Source: Trichoplax adhaerens (Eukaryota > Animalia > Placozoa). Taken from it: a DNA stretch of 64,000 nucleotides. The stretch lies in the NCBI RefSeq assembly GCF_000150275.1, contig NW_002060943.1, positions 1,090,731-1,154,730 of the forward strand, read 5' to 3'. Every line of letters starts with the position of its first letter. Positions within the stretch are counted from its first letter, which is position 1. A program made the position numbers and the translations under genes. This document shows positions 24,230 to 36,255 of this stretch, piece after piece. The notes below the pieces were generated by a model. It was given only the letters and a program-made list of their open reading frames with translations, made no database searches and was not told the origin of the DNA.

Positions 24230-25441
24230 GCACAAATTCAACTTGTGAAAGGTAATTCAATGCTTGCAACTGCTTGCAAAGTCTCTTTTGCGGCACTCAT
24301 CCAGCAATAGACTGGACGATCTCTACTGCACATGCTTGTGCCAACGCAAGATGGCTACCGTTCAGGGCTTTTGAGTAAGGATTTCTCTATGGAGAATTGG
24401 ATATAGTTTCATACCCTGCACTGTACACAATGTACAGTGTACAGTGTACAGTATAATGCTCGATTACAGTCCATACTGTAATCATGATGGCGCACAAAGA
24501 AGAAAGTCAGGCAGGCATAATGGCCTATAGATACAGTATACGGGCACTCAGTCTAGAGTACTGTATAGTATAAAATGTAAACACCTGAATGAGACGGCTT
24601 TATCTTGAGTTTAGTCCAGTATAAAAGCAAGCCGGCAACGAATTGGGGCAACAATCGTATAGCTACTGAAGATAGGAGAGCTTTTGGCTAAGGATTTCTA
24701 TCGATAATTGGGTACAGTTTTATACCATGTATAGTACTAGATTACAGTACAAACTGTACAGTGTACAGTGTACAGTACTGCAATCATCATGCCACACAAG
24801 AAGAAAGTGAGGCAGGCATGGTGAGTAATGTACTGTAACCCCTGAAAAAGACTCCTTTTTCTCTTTTATTAGGCTACAATCACAGAAAGTACATCGTTGG
24901 AGGCATACGATGTAGTTCAGATGACCAACTAAGTAGTCAGCCATATTTTTAGTAGTGTACAGTACAGTCAACGGTATATTGAAATAGTCGTTGCCTGCCT
25001 GCTTGTCCCTCTCTTCTCTTTTTTGAATACTGTACTGTACTGTACTGTACTGTACACTCAGTGTACTGTACAGTCGTCACTGGTACTGTACTGTAGGCAA
25101 AGGATATGTACTGTAAAGGCTCCCGTTCTATAGTATAGTATGTTGCTGACGGACGGACTCAATGATGTGCGAGAGAGTGGAGAACGCCTGCGCATCAGGT
25201 ATGCGAACGATCCTACTAGTAGCCATGACAACATAACAATCACAAGATGCAAGCAAGAAAAGATAACCAACACTACGTTCGCAGACAATATTGAGTCATA
25301 CTGTACTCCATATCCATACGGCAGATATAAGATAATTCAACTAATTAAGTACAGCAATCATTCGTAAGTTGAACGACCGATACGTGCATTCTCAATCATT
25401 TAATTACAGGAATAGTGCCATTAATCCTCAAGTTCTTCATC
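24230..25441. promoter_or_regulatory. Bidirectional promoter region between the RBM7-like gene (-) and CFAP45 (+)
   Basis: Head-to-head start codons 1.2 kb apart. The region contains (TACTG)n tracts, a YY1-like caagatggc (24347), an NRF1-like acgcctgcgcat (25184) and an X-box-like motif. Confidence 0.65.
25219..25232. promoter_or_regulatory. RFX X-box-like motif (GTAGCCATGACAAC)
   Basis: Imperfect X-box palindrome about 210 bp upstream of the CFAP45 ATG. RFX control of ciliary genes is established in animals. Confidence 0.6.
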
Positions 25442-28400
25442 ATGGTAAGTGTGTTACTAGCGGACATGATGTCCATTTAAGAATAGAATTAATCAGTGAT
25501 CAAATGTTTTTAACCATCAATCATATACTATTTCATAGTTTATCATAATAAATCAAGTGGATGACTTCCATTTTACTTTTGGCGCATACCGTGTCATCAT
25601 TCACTGCTTAACCAAGTTTAGCTGTTAGATTATACTTACTGAATGCTCAAATAGAGATAGATGTAATAGTTATCTGTACAAAGTGCAATAAAGTAATATT
25701 GACTAAATAAACCATATGTATTTTCAATCGATTGGCATACTGATACATTGGTCTTTATCGACTGTACATCCATACGAGATTAGATAAATGTTATTAGTGA
25801 CTAATAATTAATCAAGTTGTTTACTGCCAACCCAGCCTAACAGTGTTGCCGGATCCGCAGCGTCTGGTGGAAGTGCTTATAGCACAGCTAGTCAAAAGAC
25901 AAAAAAATATAGAAAGGTCAATCAAACATCTACAGTGGTATGTATAGTATTTATTTCTTTTATAAATATACTTTAATTTGGATAACCATCATGATCTTAG
26001 AGAATAATGTACAAATGAGATATTATACTGCTTTTACTCTATCGATAGAGTAGCTGCTATATTCTGCTGTAAATATACTCCTATCATTGAAATCGAATGA
26101 AATTATTTAAAAAAAATTATAGGATGAAAATTTATTTGGCAATTTGACAAAGTCAGCTTCTCGTGATTCCAATAACAAACCTATTAACTTAGATAATTCA
26201 TCAAGGAAGGGTAATGACCTATGTAAGCAATTTTCATTTATCATTACGTAAACGGTCTATGAACCCGATAATTCATATATAATTTACTTATTAATAGCAA
26301 AAACATCATCAAAGAGTGGCCAGGGGAAAGGGAAAGAAACCGTAGAAGTTATTACAAAGGATCTAGTTCGTACCTTAATGTGAGTTAATAAAGTTGTATC
26401 GTGGCATATTAACATTTATGGCATGCGAATTACATGACAGATAACGCATGAAATTATTTTCTGCTCTTGAAATGTTAGTGTTCCAAAAGATCCTACAGGG
26501 CAATCTCTTATTATTGGTACCAGTAATTATAGTCGTATGAAGGTACGTCTATGGCAATATTTTATTGCGTTTCTGTCTATGATAGCGCCGATAAGTTCAT
26601 TCTTCATACTAATTGCTATATTCTTATTTTAGAGTTCGTCCCATCGTTTAAATGAAGAAGAAAAGTTGCTAAGAGCAGAAGCGATCAAAAGAGAAAAGGA
26701 AGCAGTTCAGAGAGCATCAGATGAACGCAAATTAGCTATGCAAGAGATGGAAAAGAAACGCCTCAAGAACGAGAAACCATCAGATCTTGAAGAAGTAAGA
26801 ATTTAATTCATTAGCATAATTTCGGGGACAATAGTAGAAGCGATATTGATTTAGCCTACTTTATATATTTAAAGGAAACAAATGGACAGAGAAAGGTACT
26901 GCTAGATCATGCCAAAGTGCAACTTTGTGAACAAGATGACGAAATCAAGTATTTAAACGAAGTAAGTCCTTTTTCCTCATATCCTATTAAGGAGAAAATA
27001 TAGTACTAAGTGATACCTTCTTAAACTATTTGTATTGTAGTTGATATTGAACGCGAAATGTCACGCTATTCGAGATTTACAATTAAACGAAAAGCAAGAA
27101 ATTAAAGTAGATGCTAAAAGTGAGCAAAGAAGATTAGATGAAATGATGGAAATTGATCGTGTAAAAGCTATAGAAGAGCAAGAAAAACGTGAAAAGGAAA
27201 GAAAGGTTGAACTATTGCGAGGTGCTCAAATACTGCAAAAGCAAATCGCAGAGAGAGAACAACAAGGGCTTTTAGAGAGTGAATTAAAAGATCAGGAGAC
27301 ATCTGTGAGTAGAACAGCTTGAAGTTGCTTAGATTAAGTTTGTTATATACGTCATAATTCTCCTACACAGATAAGTGCTGGTATGACTTTAATGCTAACA
27401 GTAATAATAAATTTCTATTTTTCAAAGGTTATGCTGAAATATCTAGAAAAGTTACAAGAAGAAGATTTAGAAAATCTTCATAAGAAGCGTAAAACTCAAA
27501 AGGAATTGATGAAAGAAGTTGCAATTGCTAATCAAGATTTACAAAATCAAAAAATTGTTCAGAAAGAGCAAGAACGATTAGCTGAGTTGAAAGTTATGCA
27601 ATACTTGAAAGAGAGAGCGGTTAGTGAAACCATTTTGTACGCATAGATAGACGTCAATGAGCGCATAATAGACAACATTATTATGCTTGTGAATAGCTGC
27701 CTATATTGTTACTATTAACAATATTTAGCTCTGTAATACTGGCTGAAGGTATTTCTTTTACAACAAATAGGAAAGAGAAGAAGCCTACCAAGCAGAACTT
27801 GAGAAACAACGTATCGAAAAAGAAAAAGAAGTTGCGCGGCTGCGTGCTTTGCAAGAGCGTGCCAAGGACAAGCAAGCTGAACGCGATGCATTAAGAGCTA
27901 AGCGTAACCAAGAGGAAGCAGAAAGAGAATGGAGGAGGAAAGAACTAGAAGAAGCTAGAAAGAAGGCAGAACAAGAAGATATATTAAAACGTTCTAGAAC
28001 CGAGCAAATAACGATGAAACAACGTAATTTCGCTATTCAATCACAGAGAGATAGAGCTGAATTCGATCGTGTTGTAAGGTGGGTTAGAGTATATAAAAAA
28101 TTTGATTAGTAATTAATACAGAGTTCTGATAAAAGTCTAAATCTATATTTTATTTTATTTTTAAATAGGGCTCAACAAGAGGCAGTTCAGAAAGAACAAG
28201 AGGAGGTTGAAAAGAAAATGAAGCAAAAGAAAGTTTATTCCGATAGCATCCGCCAACAAATAGTAGAGAAAGAACAAGAAAAACTTAACGAGCGAAGATC
28301 CTTCTTCGGTGAAAGAGCGAAATTAGATGCAGAAGATGAACAACGGTAGGTCTAAGAAAATTTTAAACTATTAAATTATTTATTTTACTTGCTATAAAAA

Positions 28401-28600
28401 AAAATTATAAGAACGTATAAAAGGAGTTTAGGGAATTTATATCATTAAAATATTACTTGTTATGTAATAGGAAACGCATGATTGATGAAGCTAAGCAAAA
28501 GAAGTTATCAGAATTAAGACAAGCTGGTGTTCTGGATAAATATTGTATCGAGGTTGAGCGAAAAATGAAGAAAAATCCTCAAAATAAGATTTTTAAGTAA
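25442..28600 (+). CDS. CFAP45: Cilia- and flagella-associated protein 45 (CCDC19), coiled-coil microtubule inner protein
   Basis: Exons about 25442-25444 (ATG only), 25836-25937, 26123-26210, 26298-26379, 26479-26542, 26633-26794, 26875-26961, 27041-27305, 27428-27619, 27771-28078, 28169-28345 and 28471-28600. Family-diagnostic motifs: VDENLFG, VITKDLVR, EQDDEIKYLNELILNAKCHAIRD, RRLDEMME, AERDALRAKRNQEEAEREWRRKE and LRQAGVLDKYCIEVERK. Confidence 0.93.
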
Positions 28601-31600
28601 ATTTATACAATTAGGTCTAGATCTTACTGTCGATTTAAATGCGTACAACGTAATTTATTACATTAGATCAATGACGTATCTCTAACAATTCTGAACATTA
28701 TCGAGACTATAAAACGATAATTGCCACCTGATATTTCAGTACCTGATATGCACGCTTATATTCAGTATGATTTTTTTATAGTTGCCATATTAACGTGATG
28801 GCATCATTTGTAGCAATTATGCCATAAAAATGGGATAATTGATACATTCATACATATGAAACATTATTATGTGATGGAAATTATCAGGAATGCATTTATG
28901 CATTGAATCAGCGTAAAGCGGCAATGCTAATTTTTACGAGATCAAAACTTGTACATTAAGTATAACAATAAGTAGTTTATCAAATTATCGTCATAAAAAT
29001 TTTGGATAACTGTATAATTGATAATGCTTGTGGTTTAAATGCCTTTAAGTAAACAAGTAACATAATTTTCTGCTATGGCTAATTTCATGTAAGAAATATG
29101 CAAGCTGAATCGTTAAAATATGGATATCGTATTACATCATTATCATTGATAATTAATTAGTTCGGGCATTATGAAATTAAATATAATTAACTAATCGCTA
29201 GTAGTAGGTAAAACAAGCATACGGTTCTTTATTATATATATGATAATCACTTTAACATCCAAGCTTACGCCGTAATCCTATTCTTGAATATACGGAATTA
29301 TTGATCGGTTTATTGTAACTGATTTCTTCCATGTTCTAAAGTATCTATTTTATACTGTTATGGTAATATGTGTACTGAGTGTCAGTTATTGTAAAGTTTA
29401 ATTTTACAGTCTGCGTTAATATTAAATGTGCAGATGTAAAGCAGTCACTAATCGCTTCCTGTGGAACCAGTACTTTGCAAATATAATCATAGTAATCGAG
29501 ATTCTCTTTTCATTTTACTGTATAAAAATAAATTTCATAATACGTAATTGAAATAAAATAACTCAATATTATTTGAATTCTATCCGTTATCTTTATTTCT
29601 GTATCCATTGCTATTATATTTGCTCGACTAAATCTAACTCATGTAAGTTTTCTTTTATATTTACTCGCGACTAAACAGCATGATTGAGCTGGTTCCCAGT
29701 GCCTAGTCCTGTAATCGAGTTCCTCGATATACAGATTCGCGCATATTAATAGGAATTGTAATAATTAATCTAATGAGAAAGGTTAATTTATAAAATGCGA
29801 TGAGCATCCATTCAGCGTACTGTTTAATGCAAATAGGTGAAGTATTTGAGGAAACCAGGATTTATCAGATAAAATTCAGTTGGTATTTATCCCGATATTT
29901 TTAATTATCCCCTAAATTTGTCTGAGTCGTTGTAATACCAGAGGCTTCTAATTTAGAATTTAGTCTCTGGTGATACTAAGAATCGATCGTATTAATTAAT
30001 CCTAGTGGATGCCAGATATGATAGCTTGAGATATGTGCTTATTATCTGTAATAATACTGAAATGACAAAAACAAACACTTGGGCATAACATACCGTATAT
30101 TTTATTTAGAACCGAAACAATAATAGTACTTATGCAAACCATATATATATTTTTATCAGAAGGAAGAAACAAAGAGTATATTCAGTCACCACATTAGACC
30201 TAGATTACCGTTAGATTAGCTAAGTAGATGTCAATTAATATTACCTATGTTGCATTATAAACATGTCTATGTTTATAACTTTCAGTTAAGTAACTAATAA
30301 GAGCTACGTTAATTTTACGAGGTAGAAAGTCATCCTGTAACTAGGCACGAATTATTGTAGAAGTAAGTTGAGTTACCGCGTAAACATACGATACTACAAT
30401 TATGAAATAATCAATACAAGTGATGGCTTATGAACTCATTTTAAGCTAATTTACGTTTTGAAAATGTAACCAGATACGCTTCTACTATGCAATTGTCTTA
30501 AGAGGAATGTACGTAATATGATCGTTAGGAGTGTATTTTCATCCTTAATTTTGTAATATGTGATAAGACGAAATTTATCACATGATAGGTAAGGCAGAGT
30601 ACGTGCTTATAAATACCTGTAATTAACAATAAAGTGCCAGTTACAATTATACTCTCGGAGTAATCGCTTACTGTGAAATACACAACAATAGTTAGTAATT
30701 ATTATTAGAACCAAACTAACTTAAAGCCATCTTAGGTATCTGAGCACATAGTACAATAATATAATTATCCTCCACGATTTATGCTTTACATGAAATCAAC
30801 TTGTTCTATTAGCCTTAATATATCATGCTTACTTATGTCTATAATACCTACGTCGCATATAAAAAAGAATAATAGCTCCTGAGACGAGGTTAGGTACTAG
30901 AATTCTTAAGAAATTCTGGTTAATCGTTGCAATTATTCCCGAACAAATGATGATTGGATTATATTAAACCATATGTAATCTTATTTTGTTGCGAAAATAA
31001 TTAAAATTTTACGGAAATTATCAATGTAATTAATAAAATTGGGTTTTACTTAAGTCAATCTACAATCGAAAGTAGCAAGTAAATTATGCAAAGAGTTTCC
31101 GTTTTAGTCAAAATCCACTCCATATTTGACTATCTACAATATTCATGGCGACCTAAACCATTGCTTTCTGATGTAAATTTATTAAACAGCTTTCCAAATC
31201 CTTGCTCGCAAAACAATAATTATATAGTTCTTAGCCAAGTACACATAGTATGGCTAGGCGTTCAAACTATTCATCTCGGCTAGAACTGAAGACTTGGTTA
31301 GCAATCAGCGTGTAATCTGGAAGGATTTCAGGAACACTATAGTGCTATTTAATGGAAGTAAAGTCATGTCAAGACATCATGCTCATAGAAATATCTACTT
31401 TGTTTCTAAGGCTACCATATTACAACATTAATCAAGTTATGGGTCTACTATTTTGTTCTATAACAATAGTAATAATAACTTTTACGTGATCTACTCTTCC
31501 TAATGCAGAAATCTTCCCAAATCATACAAAATTTTACTTCTAAGTAAAATAAAATTAAGGAAATTGACTATACGTCTCGGCTAAATATATATGAGTTCGG

Positions 31601-31904
31601 CTACATTTCAAATCTATAATCTGCAAGACAACAGATCAATTTTTAAAAGTGTATCTCGTCGATCACTTTAATGTTAGTCGAACGCATTAAGTCTGCATTG
31701 CCTTGTTTTAATTTAGACCCTAACAGGTTGTTAAAATTAATGACAGATCCTTAATAGCACGAAGTACGTTTATGTTATCGCGAAATTTATTAGAATTAGA
31801 TGATGTAAGGTATTTTAAGGTCCCAGAATTAATGCAAATCAGCAGACCTTAAAACTCTGATTTGTAATAATTTACATAGTACATAGATGAGATTATTATA
31901 GTCC

Positions 31905-33418
31905 ATACTAACATGATTTCGATTATGCCTACATACATATGGACTAGTTTAGTCTATACCAGGGACTATTAAAAGAAAAAATTCCCCTACCGTCTAAGCA
32001 AGGTCTTTTTTAGACGGTAGGGAAATTTTGACGGAAAACGGGAGGATGGTGAAATTGTTTCTTCAGTAGTCCTAGTCTATGGGTATTGGTACAGACGTAC
32101 AGACGTACGACTCATGGAATACTGGAAAAGAAGGGGTATTTCAGTCTCTGATTTTGTTAGTAATGTCCATCATAAATTTGTTTCTATACTGTATCATGGT
32201 GCGTACTGTACTGTACGTGTACTCCCTATAAGCTTACCACATTATTTCCAGTGACGTTGCTAGCAGCCAGCGGGCTAATCTGGTAAGGTGTGGCACCGGT
32301 ATACAATACTAATATGATTTCGATTATGCCTACATACTGTACATATGGACTAGTTTAGTCTATACCAGGGATTATTAAAAGAAAAAATTCCCCTACCGTT
32401 TAAGCAAGATCTTTTTCAGACGGTAGGGTGTTTCTTTAGTAGTCCTAGTCTGTGGGTATATTGGTACAGACGTACAGACGTACGACTCCTAGAATACTGG
32501 AAAAGAAGGACTATTCCAGTCTCTGATTTTGCTAGTAATGTGCATTATAAATTTGTTTCTATACTGTACCATGGTGCGTACTGTACTGTACGTGTACTCC
32601 CTATAAGCTTACCACATTATTTCCAGTGACGTTGCTGGCAGCTAGCGGGCTAATCCGGTAAGGTGTGGCACCGGTATACAATACTAATATGATTTCGATT
32701 ATGCCTACATACTGTACAGTACTGTACATATGGACTAGTTTAGTCTATACCTGGGATTATTAAAAGAAAAAATTCCCCTACCGTTTAAGCAAGATCTTTT
32801 TCAGACGGTAGGGTGTTTCTTTAGTAGTCGTAGTCTGTGGGTATATTGGTACAGACGTACGACTCATAGAATACTGGAAAAGAAGGACTATTTCAGTCTC
32901 TGATTTTGTTAGTAATGTCCATCATAAATTTGTTTCTATACTGTACCATGGTGCGTACTGTACTGTACGTGTACTCCCTATAAGCTTACCACATTATTTC
33001 CAGTGACATTGCTAGCAGCTAGCGGCTAATCCGGTAAGGTGTGGCACCGGTATACAATACTAATATGATTTCGATTATGCCTACATACATATGGACTAGT
33101 TTAGTCTATACCAGGGACTATTAAAAGAAAAAATTCCCCTACCGTCTAAGTAAGATCTTTTTTAGACGGTAGGGTGTTTCTTTAGTAGTCGTAGTCTGTG
33201 GTATATTGGTACAGACGTACAGACGTACGACTCATGGAATACTGGAAAAGAAGGACTATTTCAGTCTCTGATTTTGCTAGTAATGTCCATCATAAATTTG
33301 TTTCTATACTGTACCATGGTGCGTACTGTACTGTACGTGTACTCCCTATAAGCTTACCACATTATTTCCAGTAACGTTGCTAGCAGCCAGCGGCTAATCT
33401 GGTAAGGTGTGGCACCGG
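31905..33418. repeat. Tandem array, 4 highly similar copies of a 370-400 bp unit, each with a long inverted repeat
   Basis: Units start at about 31905, 32306, 32681 and 33057 (atactaa.atgatttcgattatgcc ... ggtaaggtgtggcaccgg). Confidence 0.95.
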
Positions 33419-33616
33419 GATAGAAGATCGGATCCAATTCTGGACGTTGACAGTTGACACGTAATCACGTCATCATAATTTAATTTCAATATCGGCAAGG
33501 AAATTAATCGGCCAAAACTGAATAGACGCGTGTATATATATATATTATACGTTGTATAGAGCTTGGACAATAATCAAGAATCAAGTTTCTATGAAGGATA
33601 TCCTCTTGACATCAAG

Positions 33617-36255
33617 ATGGGTCTCCGTAAGGATCCCTTAGGATTCTTCTGTTTAGCTTTAACATATGGCATCGTCATCTTTTCGGATTACTGCTTTATT
33701 GTACATACTGTTATGCCGGTTCTTTCAGCTAGGTATGTAATACCATGGTGGATTGTTAAGTAGCAGTAGTGAAGTATTTTTTCCAGCAGATATTAACTAC
33801 ATGTAAATAGAAAGAAATGAAGTTATGCCTCATGCGATATAACACAATAATTTCATTAGCTACTGTCATGTCGGCGTTATTAGGGTACATAATCTCGGCT
33901 TTGCAATCATTCATACCATCGACTACTACAGTACCGTACAGTCGTTGTACCATGATGGTACAGACCCAGTATACTGTACAGTATGCCACTACCATATTCT
34001 GCAAATGATCTACTATGGATACAGTTCGTTATACAAATGTGAACGATTACTTTTTTCTTTACTGCACAGTATTGAAATTGAAACTACTTAAACTTTAACA
34101 TGGTATCCCATCTGTCAAGCTAATCTTCGACAAAAGTTCTCCTTAGAATAGTTCAGACAAATGTTCCATACATAAACATGTTCAATTTCGCCTTTGTACT
34201 GTCTAAGGATCTACATCAATTGTGATACCTTCATTTTTGTACAGAAAGTGACTAATCGATTGATTTTCTTAATATAATTATAAAAAATTGCAGCTTATGG
34301 GGCTCCTTCCACATTATCGTTTTTAATGTATTCGTCTTCCTATTGGTCTATTCACATTTCGTTGCAACAACTGCTGATCCAGGTTATTTAAAATGTTCAA
34401 AATAACGTTAACATCGTTCTTCCATAATGCTAATACTGTTTAGAAATGTTTTTTAACATGATCTGAAGATATTTCATTGTCTCATTTCTTGCTATCATTA
34501 TCATTAACTTATTGCATGACTTCCTAAATTGATTTGGATTATCTGCAATTGAAACATATTAGTAATGGCTTCAAGTAAAAGCTAACTTAATTGACTAAAT
34601 CAAAAGAGTATAATAGGATATATATATATATGTAGGGGTATAAAATGTTCGCTGAATATTTCATGACTTTCTTTATTTCTACAAATAATTCATAAAATTA
34701 ATAAAACCACTTCATTGTCTATGCTTTCCAAATATTTAGGTTTTGTTCCATTACCTACAATTAAATTAGACTTTTCTGACCAACGAATGCAGGGTGCTAT
34801 CAAAACACCACAGGTAATAGTTTTGTGTCATAGCGTATCTGCTAATAAATTGCGTCTTCTCTAATATTGATGCACTTATATGGAGTTAAATTATCAGCGA
34901 AGTATGTGCAAACGCATACAGTATCTGCTAAAATTATTAAAAGTCTTTCTTTTTTCTGGATAAATTTAATTTATATTGGGTATAAAGTGAAGTTGCATTC
35001 TACAGCATGTGTTCTACTGTCAATCACGACTTAGTTATCTTGCTATTTTTTTTAATTTATTTATTGCCTGAAATGATAGTTCATGTTTTATCTAGCACAT
35101 ATTGGTAATATACAGTATACAGTACTTGCTTAAGCTTAGAGCTGTTCTAATATGTAGTAAAATCCTTCTTGAATAGGGCTCAGAATGGAGCTTATGCACC
35201 AAATGCGAAACTTATAGGCCTCCCAGAGCTCATCACTGTAGAACATGTAGTCGATGCATTAGGAAAATGGATCACCACTGCCCTTGGATTAACAATTGTG
35301 TTGGCGAATGCAATCAGAAATATTTTATTTTATTTTTACTCTATACGGGTATATTATTCATTGACGAATGCTTTCTAACTTAATTTACTATCTAATTTTA
35401 TGATAGAAATTTCAAATATCCGCGATATATATCTATTTCTCTATTAATTGCATTAATATAATCGTAATCTTGATACTTTTTCCTGATCAATTGTGCAAAC
35501 GTGCAATAACATATTTAGCTATGGCATCTGTTTACGCGATAATCTTCTGTATTGTATTATTTATGGCAAAATGCGATAACTGCGACGAAAACTCACCTCG
35601 CCATGTGCACATGTACTGTATCGTTTTGTTGCTGTTAATCTGCATTTGATTATACGTACGTTAATAATAATGCACACGACAACTCTAACTGTTCCACTAT
35701 ATGATTCTTTAAATTTTAGAATTTTTTCGACGATATTGATAACGTTTGCGTTCGTCTTCGCTTTATTTACAATTTTAATTTTGTACGATCAGGTATGCTA
35801 CGATTAATATAATTCTATTTTGTAGTAATTACTTAATTATTATTATTGCTGTAGCTATTTTAACTAATGCAGTAAGGTCAATTTATTTATTATGAAAGGC
35901 AAAGGAATGTATTCAAAATGTTTTTCAATCTTCATCAAATACCTCTACATCTTTTATTAATGCTAGATTACGTCGATTTTAACCGATATCACCTCCGTAG
36001 AGTACGTAAAAAAAGAAAACAGATCACGTATTTTAAAATCTAAGATGGCTTTACTATCTGAAGTTTTTGGAAGGGGTATGGAACAAACTTATACAAAACT
36101 ACAATGCTTGGATTACATAGCAATCTTCACATCATTTCTTTTACTTAAACTGGTTTTGTTTTGCAATTGTGACAGGAAGTTATTGGACCTGGCTACTTCC
36201 ATTTTGTGGGGATTCCGCTTCTACAACGGCAATAAATACCATGTATGAGGTCTAA
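33617..36255 (+). CDS. ZDHHC3: DHHC palmitoyltransferase, ZDHHC3/ZDHHC7 subfamily
   Basis: Eight exons at about 33617-33732, 34294-34382, 34740-34813, 35178-35348, 35519-35612, 35720-35792, 35968-36074 and 36176-36255. Motifs: [60 protein letters not shown] and C-terminal YEV. It is likely co-orthologous to ZDHHC3 and ZDHHC7. Confidence 0.85.

Noticed and set aside
29938-29971. Small hairpin ccagaggct...agtctctgg
   Set aside because: An isolated stem of about 10 bp with no recognisable RNA-family features; compatible with chance.
31905-33418. CRISPR-like or retrozyme interpretation of the hairpin array
   Set aside because: Whole units are repeated with no unique spacers, there are no cas genes, the context is eukaryotic, and no CUGANGA/GAAA core is present on either strand.
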